From: Candidatus Levyibacteriota bacterium
GTDB lineage: Bacteria; Patescibacteriota; Microgenomatia; Levybacterales; UBA12049
Assembly (NCBI GenBank): GCA_963722305.1
Contig: CAVRKE010000001.1
Span: 501,549-565,548, forward strand
Direction: 5' to 3'
DNA: 64,000 bases
The translations under genes were made by a program, and so were the position numbers. A model generated the notes under the pieces. The model saw only the letters and a list, made by a program, of their open reading frames with translations. It did no database searches and was not told where the DNA came from. This document shows, piece after piece, positions 57,601-64,000 of this stretch (the stretch's first letter is position 1; every line of letters starts with the position of its first letter).

Positions 57601-60600
57601 GGCCGATAAAGGTATTGGATTTGCCCGATCCTCCGTTTCTAAAATCTATTGCGGTTGTGCCGTTAGAGTTTAAAATTGTGGCAATCGGACTAACTGTATT
57701 TACTTGCCTGAGGATAACGTTATCAATTGTTCCGTACCAATTCATCGTTGGGGTAAAAGTAAGGTCTCCCGCGCCGAAAGAAGTAATCAGTTGGGTGTCG
57801 GTTTTACTCATGTTGACGTCTTGACCGACGGCTGTACCGTTTGTTCCTCCAACACCCGGAGTTAAGGAACCGGAAGAAGTACCGGTAGTTGTAAAAGTGT
57901 AAGTCAGCTCATAAGTACCGGCAGCAATAAGCGTATCAAAATCAGTCGTGTTATTAGTTAAAGTAAATACCCCTGTTCCCGGAGCATCTTTAGCCGCAAC
58001 ACCACTTGAATTAACATTAACATTCCACGGGGGCTGTCCGCCTGATGTTGTCCAGTGGCCGGTGCCCGAAAATTGACTATCGTTAGCAACGTTCTTAATC
58101 TTATTCGCTTGTACATAACTAGCGACGTCTCCGCCAACAACTCCCTCAATCGCCAGTTTTGCTGTTGGCGTATTTGTTCCAATCCCGACATTGCCGTTAT
58201 TTTGTATTACAAACTTCGTCCAACCACTGGCGGAGGCGGTAAATAAATCCCCAACGCCGTCATTGTTGGCCACCAAAGAAGCAAAGGATGTTGCTCCGGA
58301 AATTGAAGCAATGGCGATTGTCCCAACGTTAGGCCTAACATCAAAATTGGCCAGAGGAGTAGTTCCGTCGGTGTTGATGCCAAAAAGACCGGTGCCGCCC
58401 GGATTAATCGCGAAGTTTTGGTTACTGGCAGTGGTAATAGTATTTAATCCTGAAGTTCCCGAGAAGTTAAGGTCTGCTCCGTTCCCCGACAATGTGATTC
58501 CGGTTGTTCCTGCCAAAGTCAAGTTGCCGGACGAATCAATGTAATTTGTGGCGCCAAAAAACTGCAGGTTGCCGGTTGAACCGGAATTAAGAGTTAGAGT
58601 GTTTCCACCGGTGTTTGTAATTGACGGGCTAGAACCGGTAAAAGCCAGATTTCCGCCATTACTTAAGGAGGCAAAAGTGCCAGCCCCAAGGCCCGTTACA
58701 GACCACTGAGCATCATTAAGTGCCAGATCACCGCTTGAAGCATTGCCGATGGTGATAGTTCCGGCATTTGAACCCGTACCAATGTTGGTGGTATTACTGC
58801 CCGAAGTATTAATACTGGTTGCACCCAAAACGGTTAAACCACCCAGAGTTCCCACCGAAGTTAAGGAAGAGCCGGTCACTCCCGAGCCTAAAGTAGTGGT
58901 AGACAAAACGGAAGTGCCTCCGATTTGGTATGCTCCCGAAGCGTTAACATTACCGGCATTGGAAATTGTGAACCTCGGCCAACCGGAAGCGGAGGCAGTA
59001 AATAAGTCCCCGACGCCATTGTTATTGGCCACTAAAGTTGCGAATGAAGTTGTTCCGGAGATGGAGGCCACCGCTAAAGTGCCGGAACTGCCCCGAACAT
59101 CCAGGGTTACGAAGGGAGCAGTTGTGCCGATACCAATATAGCCGGTATTATCCCGGATAGTCATGGCAGTTGCCCAGGTGTTCAGTCCTGACTTGTAGCC
59201 AAAGTTTAAAGTGCCGTTCCCCGGCTCAATGGTAGAGCTGTTTGTTCCTCCCAACACTAAAGTGGCAGAGATGGAAGCGCTACCGGTCGGAGCACCGATA
59301 TTGACTACTGTGGCAGCTCCGGCAAGATTAAGTGTGCCGGTTAATCCGGTATTAAATACAGCCAGAGATCCGGAAGTTTGGTTAGTAGCAATGGTTGTAC
59401 CATTAAGCGTGATTGTTCCCGAAGCACCGCCCATAGTTAGAGTTGTCGTTGCGCCACCATAGGTGATTGATGTCGGCGTCGCCAATTCCGTAACCGTAGC
59501 CAGACTGGAATTAATGTTTGAGGCGTTAAGATTGATGACGCTTCCTGCCGCCGAGTTTAATGGAGCAAGAGTAATATTGCCGCTGGTATTCCCGCCAATG
59601 GTTAAGAGCTGGTTATTGGTCGTTTGAATAGCCCCTGTTCCATAGATACTAAAAGTTAAATTACCGGAGATAGAAGCATTACCACCCAACTCATTAGTGC
59701 CACTGGTATAAGGCATCACAACCAGGTTGCCGCCGACTGTGGCAACCGGCGTCCCGCCAGCGAGGTTTAAAACCGCAAAGGCAGCCGAACTGGTTGCTTG
59801 TGAACCGATTAGAAAATCCGCAGTTGAGTTAATCGGCGTAATATATCCTCCTCCAACACCGCTAACCAAATTCCAGTAATTCGCTCCACCGCAACCGCTA
59901 CAAGACATAACCGTTAAGGCTCCGCCCTTGGTAATATGCCAGGAGTTACCTGTTCCCTCAATATCGTAAGAATAGCCGGAGGTTGTGCCTGATAAATTAA
60001 GCTGCAGACCTACCTGGTTAAACGAGCCGTTCGCTCCCGAAAGGTTTAAGGCCAAACCAACTACCCCCCCGGTTTGCGAAGTTGAGTTGGTAAGATTGGC
60101 CAAAGTACCGGTTGAACCCGTATCGGCATAGATTAAACCCGTGCCTGAATTTGGTAGTTTAACCGTAACACCATTTGCTACCTGCAAGGTGCCGGAGGTC
60201 GAGGCGTTTCCGGAGGTGTCCTGAACGGTTAGGCCGGCCACCTGTTGGGCATTAAAGGCAAACGGGACTGCGGCCATCTGAATTCTGGGAGTCATTTCGG
60301 AATCACTCCCTACTTTGACTCCCAGATAGAGTCCATCCCAATTGAAATTAAAATTGGCAGGAAATGCAACATTAGAGCCCAAAGCCACTCGGAAAATTCC
60401 GTCAACCGTGGTTACCGAATCTGTTTCTTGCCAGAGGTAACCCGAAGCCGGACTACCCGCGGTTGGGTGGTTATAGAAAGAGAAAGTCACCGAGTAGGTG
60501 CTATTGGTGACATTCGTTCCGGCGGCGTTAACCAGTTTTCCCTGAAAATTGATGGTGCGGTTAATGCCCGGCGCAGCCCACACCGGCTTTGTGAAAAATA

Positions 60601-60676
60601 GCGAAAAATTGGCAAGAAAAAAGACTATTGCCAAAACGGTCAAAAAGTGTCTAAAATTAGAGTGTGGTTTAAACAT
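51623..60676 (-). CDS. giant secreted surface protein (3017 aa) with multiple internal repeat families
   Basis: Signal peptide. Repeated ~60-aa modules (GT[LI][AG][IV]AS[IF]SG.[TS]SFA.L...G.GD[LI]FTASASG). ~17 tandem 15-aa Asn/Gly-rich repeats (NNSFLGY.AG.SNT.GY). ~20 propeller-like blades (GS.AFQR.DGKF...GG). The long continuous ORF makes the many antisense ORFs spurious. Confidence 0.85.
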   Translation of the reverse strand: MFKPHSNFRHFLTVLAIVFFLANFSLFFTKPVWAAPGINRTINFQGKLVNAAGTNVTNSTYSVTFSFYNHPTAGSPASGYLWQETDSVTTVDGIFRVALGSNVAFPANFNFNWDGLYLGVKVGSDSEMTPRIQMAAVPFAFNAQQVAGLTVQDTSGNASTSGTLQVANGVTVKLPNSGTGLIYADTGSTGTLANLTNSTSQTGGVVGLALNLSGANGSFNQVGLQLNLSGTTSGYSYDIEGTGNSWHITKGGALTVMSCSGCGGANYWNLVSGVGGGYITPINSTADFLIGSQATSSAAFAVLNLAGGTPVATVGGNLVVMPYTSGTNELGGNASISGNLTFSIYGTGAIQTTNNQLLTIGGNTSGNITLAPLNSAAGSVINLNASNINSSLATVTELATPTSITYGGATTTLTMGGASGTITLNGTTIATNQTSGSLAVFNTGLTGTLNLAGAATVVNIGAPTGSASISATLVLGGTNSSTIEPGNGTLNFGYKSGLNTWATAMTIRDNTGYIGIGTTAPFVTLDVRGSSGTLAVASISGTTSFATLVANNNGVGDLFTASASGWPRFTISNAGNVNASGAYQIGGTSVLSTTTLGSGVTGSSLTSVGTLGGLTVLGATSINTSGSNTTNIGTGSNAGTITIGNASSGDLALNDAQWSVTGLGAGTFASLSNGGNLAFTGSSPSITNTGGNTLTLNSGSTGNLQFFGATNYIDSSGNLTLAGTTGITLSGNGADLNFSGTSGLNTITTASNQNFAINPGGTGLFGINTDGTTPLANFDVRPNVGTIAIASISGATSFASLVANNDGVGDLFTASASGWTKFVIQNNGNVGIGTNTPTAKLAIEGVVGGDVASYVQANKIKNVANDSQFSGTGHWTTSGGQPPWNVNVNSSGVAAKDAPGTGVFTLTNNTTDFDTLIAAGTYELTYTFTTTGTSSGSLTPGVGGTNGTAVGQDVNMSKTDTQLITSFGAGDLTFTPTMNWYGTIDNVILRQVNTVSPIATILNSNGTTAIDFRNGGSGKSNTFIGLNAGQSNTTGGSNSFIGYQAGQSNTTGSLNSFFGNGAGEYNTTGSNNSFLGMNAGSVNTSGSYNSFLGAYAGNSNTTGYNNSFVGDSAGGANTAGNNNSFVGFYAGLSNLTGYQNSFLGSYAGQNNTTGYQNSFFGETAGLSNLTGYDNSFLGYMAGWLNTSGYNNSFLGFYAGYNNNAGYNNSFLGGRAGFSNTAGFQNSFLGYQAGQSTTLGTNNTAVGDQAGQTIDVGGLNTLLGYGADVGLGNLINATAIGANAYVTQNNSLILGSILGVNNATASAMIGIGTTAPLATLDVRGSSGTLGVASFSGNSSFAGLTINQLGTGDIFTASASGVPLFTVQQNGNLVMAGNGSGISFTGTGIDTISTATNQNFAINPGGSGLVGINTDGTTPLANFDVRLNNGTIAIASISGATSFAGLVVDNSGTGALIAASASGATRFVVNQNGSVGIGGSLANSGYNLDVVGSARIAGNSTNDDITKNTTSDFTQGTFCSGSGYCSTNVSIANNDISMQVDNSLTASTINPTSTGAPSTVIPISSGSAIMRQQNGVVAFLGGVSAASARIYTYSVPTNTFTVGPNLTATIGSGSAVFQRQDGKFVITYANRSDIYDPAGSNNFGSIAVGPNLPVIGGVQYIAGGGSRVIPHSDGKFLVLLGGSQYSALYDPVANTMAQGPALSGAGNIVASGSAVFQRQDGKWIVILGGNTTTTNIYDPVTSTFSAGPTLQSAAGTGANVLQLPDGRFMVIDANNNINTDIYNFATNTFTAGPQFSDKVGTGSTAFQMANNKWIITVGNGSKATYLYDPTSGTTGSLTQVTNNLPNSVGVGGGVFQRDNGSYLILNGALGTNSTVYDVGWRTGGVWTSEDITSTKISTYSAIFWDSTPAVSASPSAGVEVYVKTAVNGNLGSVSYNLIQNNGDLIQTMPGATQVKVQIQFNSPIAPPYNQVVGTAVPSNMWASEGSTEYVRQITQPTLYDFKIQNPIAGYGGVLASDSTEDRNAATQSAVFNGTVTGDSDSVTLATFENGSVPSSNADIIVASASADLGGTAGTGSHTLQLPNGKFLIILAGNSNATRMYDSTTGLFTVGPTTVGASNPNTGSFSIPLPNGQFMLFIGASQLTDIYDPVRNIFFAGPSVTAAIGAGAHAILRSDGRFLIILGGATANTNIYDPFLNSFTAGPATTSTVTAGAYSIKRPDGKYLVFLGTSAVTDIYEESSNSFVVGPATTAAYGANATTVQISNGNWLQTRGTAATTIYLYDARLGTFTAALGEVLSANAGAGAFTIPLPDGKILWANGGATSTTIVDPSVQVVGGTWAGPTLPSPSNLAAGTNVFQRPDGKFVVIVGGSSNTMIIDAGWNLQGTYVTEPINSNNLTANTSLDWKNVGQGAIGVQSRTGSSLAAMTATNWNDVEKAGGLINPNAGDTWAQFKFTLTGTMPNMPYEKERVWSGIDSGGSVDYYRQIQTPTLQYWRLANTTDPNILTLTSEGMNAFRFAADGQAYTAAGGAWNSGGADLAENYTSTQTLNPGEVVVGDQFNAQNVIQSTMQYQSNIMGVVSTDPGFVAGAYTPDSYPIALVGRVPVLVSTENGPIHSGDYLTSSSIPGYAMKATVAGRVLGTAIEDFDPTDPTEVSDCPAQGAGSLSTTQCGTITVFVNLTSYNGESVELAMADENFVASTSAGFADIYGDTGLDSYMNQISSGDQNTLVYLQSLKDAGSAAFNSSEVFTGTVAAGEVISPEIVADLITAKTIRADHIEGLEILTNQISALSNSVAVLSDATQSGELATATPSATTTLPSTLNLSDLNVNGLATISADLNVAGNGLIQGALNVLDSLTTNNFLVSGFSYFMNDVVFKGNVRFNSTPTFNSDTAGFAVIKQGEDTVSVTFDNEYADTPVVTASIALDKINDQVAQKALEDAILNGNLSYVITDRTTQGFTIRLNKPAPEDINFSWVALSVQDAKTAGLEPVVPTPEPQATQSAAFQSILNQVESSTPTITPTQ
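56985..57645. repeat. 45-bp imperfect tandem repeat array (~14 units) inside the giant gene
   Basis: Units resemble GAGGAAGGAATTGTTATATCCGG.GGTATT....ACCTGC.TAA..CC on the + strand. They encode the 15-aa NNSFLG..AG..NT.GY repeat on the minus strand. Confidence 0.75.
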
Positions 60677-60707
60677 TAATTAATACTACCTACGGTAGTA
60701 TTAATTA
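60677..60707. promoter_or_regulatory. 31-bp perfect palindrome (14-bp arms, 3-bp spacer) immediately 5' of the giant gene start codon
   Basis: TAATTAATACTACC-TAC-GGTAGTATTAATTA. The giant gene ATG (minus strand) is at 60676, directly adjacent. Confidence 0.55.
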
Positions 60708-60802
60708 CAGCAATTATAAGGCTGGAGGTCAAATCCTAGAAAGACTTGCATATTATTATTTATAATTGTATACTATTGCATAGCTAATTTTTCACGATAA
60801 TT

Positions 60803-61084
60803 ATGGAAAACCTAATGAATGTTAAGCAAGTTGCGTTTATTCTTAAAGTCCATCCCCTAACGGTTCGCCGTTACATAAAAAGCGGAAAATTAAAAGCAGT
60901 CAGGGCCGGCGGCAATGTCCGGATTAAGGAATCAAGTCTGACGGAATTTAACAAAGACTTTACCACTGCTTCCTCACAAAGACAAATTATTAAAAGCAGA
61001 CTCCGCCCGGCAAAGATTTTTACGCTTGACGACCCGTTATTTAGGCTCAGAGGCCGTGGAGCAAGCCTGAACTTAAGCCCCTGA
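60803..61084 (+). CDS. excisionase/MerR-type HTH DNA-binding protein, paralog of 47797..48006
   Basis: VKQVAFILKVHPLTVRRYIKSGKLKAVRAGGNVRI. Confidence 0.6.
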   Translation: MENLMNVKQVAFILKVHPLTVRRYIKSGKLKAVRAGGNVRIKESSLTEFNKDFTTASSQRQIIKSRLRPAKIFTLDDPLFRLRGRGASLNLSP

Positions 61085-61263
61085 GATTTAGAATTATGAA
61101 GCTAGAATTATGAATCAAGGAAAAATACAATCATTTACAGATTTACATGAATGGCAAGAAGCTCAAGAATTAACCATGATCTTTCAGAAAATGACTAATT
61201 CTTTGAGAAATGCTAATTAAATCATTCACTGAAAATTGTAAATTGAAAAATGAAAATTGAATT

Positions 61264-61683
61264 ATGACCAGTAAAAAAGTTTATATCGCACCCAGCGCTT
61301 TTTACGCTCTAATTGACCGTGCCCATCCAAAACACGATCAGTCAGCGGCTTTCTTCCGGTTTTGCGCCGAGCAAAAATACATGCTATTTACCGATACAAA
61401 CACCTTAATCGAGGCTTATAATCATGTCTATATGGAAATTAGTCCTTCCCTGGCTAAAGACTTTTTGCGCACGATTTTTTTAGGCAACATTAACATTATT
61501 TACCCCGAAGAAAGCGACATTAAAGCCGCTTTGAAAACCTTAATCAATTACCAATCAACCGAGTTAACTTTTTCCCAAGCGCTGCGGGCAGTTTTGGCAA
61601 ATAGGCGCGGCGTTACGCAAGTGTTTACTTTTGATTACTTGCATCCGTTATTTGGTTTAAGCGTTTTCTATCTGCCGATATGA
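61264..61683 (+). CDS. hypothetical protein (possible PIN-like/toxin partner of the upstream HTH)
   Basis: 139-aa ORF. Its stop overlaps the next gene's start (ATGA at 61680-61683). Confidence 0.4.
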   Translation: MTSKKVYIAPSAFYALIDRAHPKHDQSAAFFRFCAEQKYMLFTDTNTLIEAYNHVYMEISPSLAKDFLRTIFLGNINIIYPEESDIKAALKTLINYQSTELTFSQALRAVLANRRGVTQVFTFDYLHPLFGLSVFYLPI

Positions 61684-64000
61684 GAATAAATCAAAAAATT
61701 AAATTAACAAGCATGCTGCTCGGTTTAGCTCTTATTCTTTTAGCTTTCTTAATGGCTTTTTCCCAAAATTCAGCCTCATTACCAAGCTTTTCCGCTCCAA
61801 ACTTTATCACTAACGCTTCGGGAAATTATGTGGCTAAAAATAGTATTTTTGAAGCTATTTTCCCTGGCCAAAGCCGTGAACCGATAACCATAACTAAAGA
61901 TAAAAGCCTTTCGTTTACTCTGGCTAACGCCCAAGCCACGCAGGCCAAAGTTGATGGCAATAAAATCCTTTACGCAAATGCTTATTCATCCTCAAACATT
62001 GTATATCAAACTATAAATAATGGTATCAAAGAATCAATCATTCTACTGTCTAATACTAACATTCCCGATGAATTTTCCTATAATTTTAATGCCCAGGATT
62101 TAAAGGCAGAACTTGCCAACGACAACAGCATTGAGTTTACGCAAATTTCCAATGAGCCGGCCAAAGATATTCCCGTTTCCGACGGAACAGTTATAAAAGC
62201 AAACCAGGCAGTAAATTATTTGCCGGAACATCCGGTCCGTTTTAAAATTGCCCCCCCGATTATGATTGATGCTAAAGGCCAAAAATCACAAGTCTCGGAC
62301 GTAAAAGTAATCTTGGGCAAAAACTCTTTAACCCTTATCCCTAACAAGGACTGGCTGAAGAAAGCGACTTTCCCGGTTACCCTGGACCCAACAGTCGAAA
62401 CGACTCCTCAGATTGTCAAAGAATTGGCAAACAAAAGAACCGAAACTTCCAAAGAATTCCTCAATGACGACGGCTCATATACCTCCGTCATTTATCAAAA
62501 CCCTATCCAATATAAAGACGGTAATACTTACAAAGACATTGACAGAACTTTTCGACTGTCCGATGACCCGAGCTACAAGTACCAGGTTAAAACCGGGATT
62601 TATATTGCCAGACTAAAAAAGACTCTCAGTGGTCAAAGCGATATTGAACTGGATTTTGGCGGCAGCAGCCTTGGCCTTTCTCCCCTTTCGATCGGCTGGG
62701 ATAACGGCGACAACCTGGGAACAGTAAAAGCGGTTGAGGGCAAGATTTCCGGCGACGGGTCATCTGTCACCTACTCAAGTTTGTTTGGCATCCAAGGTGT
62801 TGATCTACAAGCCACTTATGACAATGAGAAATTTTTGAAAGAAACCGTTATCAATGACCCACAAGCTATTCAGGCGCAAAATCATACTAATGATAATTTG
62901 GAAATAAACTTTGCCCTGACTATTCCATCCGACGTTGACTTAAGGGTGAACGGTAAAACTTGGGATAAAACTTCCACCGTTGAAACCCAGGATACAATTG
63001 GCGTTTTTAAAAACGGTGTCGAAATTTCCGACCTTCGCAAAGCCATTGTCTATGGCGCAAGCAAAGACCCGACAAATTTAAATAACATTCAAATCATTAC
63101 CATTAGGCTAGCCAAAGTCGGCAATCAGTTAATCTTAACCAAAATCATTTCCGGAAACTGGCTTTCAAACGCAATATATCCTGTCCGCACCGACACCACC
63201 GACACCATCTACGCTGATACAACCGACGGAGAAGTAGATAGTTACAGCGCTAGCGGTAGCTTTGAGAATGCGCGTAATGGTATAGGGGATGCCACATTTT
63301 TCGGTTCGTCGACAGTTACGACCGCTACGATAGGTCAATTTTGGGAAGTTACTATTTCTAACGTCTATGACGTATATCAATACTTTGTACAATTTAATAC
63401 CTCCGGCATAGGAACAGATACGATTAGTTCGGCCACCTTTTCTTTATATGGGGATGGAGCTAATACTGCTCGAGACTGGACTATTGAAGTAAGAGTCGAT
63501 GACTGGGGACCGTCCTTAGACATCGGTATGCCCGATTTTGTAGCCGGCACAAGTCTTGGCGGACTGACACTTGTCGCCCACTGGGATCCTTACACCTCCG
63601 GTTGGCCTACGAATGCCTATACTGATTTTACCGACGACGCAATGGCCGCTAATATCAATAAGAACGGACAGACCCGATTAATGCTTGACAGTAGTCGGGT
63701 GCGCCTCGACCAACCTTATGTTTATCCTTCGGGCGAGACAGCAGATTTTTATACCGCCGATCAAGCCGGCACTTCACAGGATCCGAAACTGACCATTGTA
63801 CATTCGTCCAGCAACCCAATTCCACCTTCCAGTCCTTCCAGTAGTACTTATACCTTGATCGACTATGGTTTTGGCTCGGGCGGAACCGCCAATTCCAGCG
63901 ACGGAACATACCAACTTTACGCGATTTCCGGGGAAATCGAATCTGCTAGTCCAAGCTCGCTAAATTACGGCTTGTTGCCGGGATTAACCTATACTCTCCA
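61680..64000 (+). CDS. large secreted/surface protein, 5' partial (>770 aa), running off the window end
   Basis: ATG at 61680 overlapping the previous stop. N-terminal signal/transmembrane segment (LLGLALILLAFLMAF), then an uninterrupted frame-3 ORF to position 64000. Absent from the ORF track because it has no stop in the window. Confidence 0.6.
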   Translation, partial: MRINQKIKLTSMLLGLALILLAFLMAFSQNSASLPSFSAPNFITNASGNYVAKNSIFEAIFPGQSREPITITKDKSLSFTLANAQATQAKVDGNKILYANAYSSSNIVYQTINNGIKESIILLSNTNIPDEFSYNFNAQDLKAELANDNSIEFTQISNEPAKDIPVSDGTVIKANQAVNYLPEHPVRFKIAPPIMIDAKGQKSQVSDVKVILGKNSLTLIPNKDWLKKATFPVTLDPTVETTPQIVKELANKRTETSKEFLNDDGSYTSVIYQNPIQYKDGNTYKDIDRTFRLSDDPSYKYQVKTGIYIARLKKTLSGQSDIELDFGGSSLGLSPLSIGWDNGDNLGTVKAVEGKISGDGSSVTYSSLFGIQGVDLQATYDNEKFLKETVINDPQAIQAQNHTNDNLEINFALTIPSDVDLRVNGKTWDKTSTVETQDTIGVFKNGVEISDLRKAIVYGASKDPTNLNNIQIITIRLAKVGNQLILTKIISGNWLSNAIYPVRTDTTDTIYADTTDGEVDSYSASGSFENARNGIGDATFFGSSTVTTATIGQFWEVTISNVYDVYQYFVQFNTSGIGTDTISSATFSLYGDGANTARDWTIEVRVDDWGPSLDIGMPDFVAGTSLGGLTLVAHWDPYTSGWPTNAYTDFTDDAMAANINKNGQTRLMLDSSRVRLDQPYVYPSGETADFYTADQAGTSQDPKLTIVHSSSNPIPPSSPSSSTYTLIDYGFGSGGTANSSDGTYQLYAISGEIESASPSSLNYGLLPGLTYTL

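Noticed and set aside
51870-60601. Numerous 60-130-aa ORFs on both strands inside 51623..60676
   Set aside because: All lie within or antisense to the single uninterrupted 3017-codon giant ORF. Their mutual similarity only reflects the internal repeats of that gene.
1-64000. CRISPR arrays, rRNA genes, group II introns
   Set aside because: No regularly spaced direct repeats with unique spacers, no rRNA-like conserved stretches, and no reverse-transcriptase ORFs were seen in the window.

Overview
This 64-kb window is low-GC (~40%) and gene-dense. Its features point to a small-genome, CPR/Patescibacteria-like bacterium: type IV pilin genes, ribosomal proteins with long extensions, and giant surface proteins.

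Backbone genes:
- Cell-shape cluster on the minus strand: mreB, a fused AccD-AccA-like carboxyltransferase, then mreC-mreD-mrdA(PBP2).
- Two convergent peptide deformylase genes and fmt.
- rpmB, an M50 protease, galU, a PAP2 phosphatase and a P-type ATPase.
- A rearranged secE-nusG-rplK-rplA ... rplJ-rplL ribosomal cluster, plus a tRNA-Thr / tRNA-Tyr / tRNA-Thr / rpmG / tRNA-Trp block.

Mobile DNA is abundant and recent:
- Two identical 1232-bp IS3-family copies with 3-bp target-site duplications.
- Two 852-bp IS1595-family copies with 8-bp target-site duplications, one with an IS3 nested inside it.
- An IS30 element between def and fmt.
- A second, different IS1595-family transposase.
- An ~8-kb plasmid-like island inserted between rplA and rplJ (replication-relaxation protein, AT-rich origin-like region).

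Most unusual observations:
- A perfectly foldable tRNA-Trp(CCA) gene split in its anticodon loop by a 176-nt intervening sequence that itself encodes a second complete tRNA-Trp(CCA).
- A 36-codon uORF that duplicates the first 16 codons of rplK and ends 1 nt before the rplK start.
- Tandem pilin paralogs with identical ends and a variable central cassette.
- An in-frame 426-bp tandem duplication of an HTH regulator.
- A ~13-kb locus with a 3017-aa repeat-rich giant surface protein flanked by two excisionase-type HTH paralogs and start-proximal palindromes.
- Several families of short intergenic repeats.
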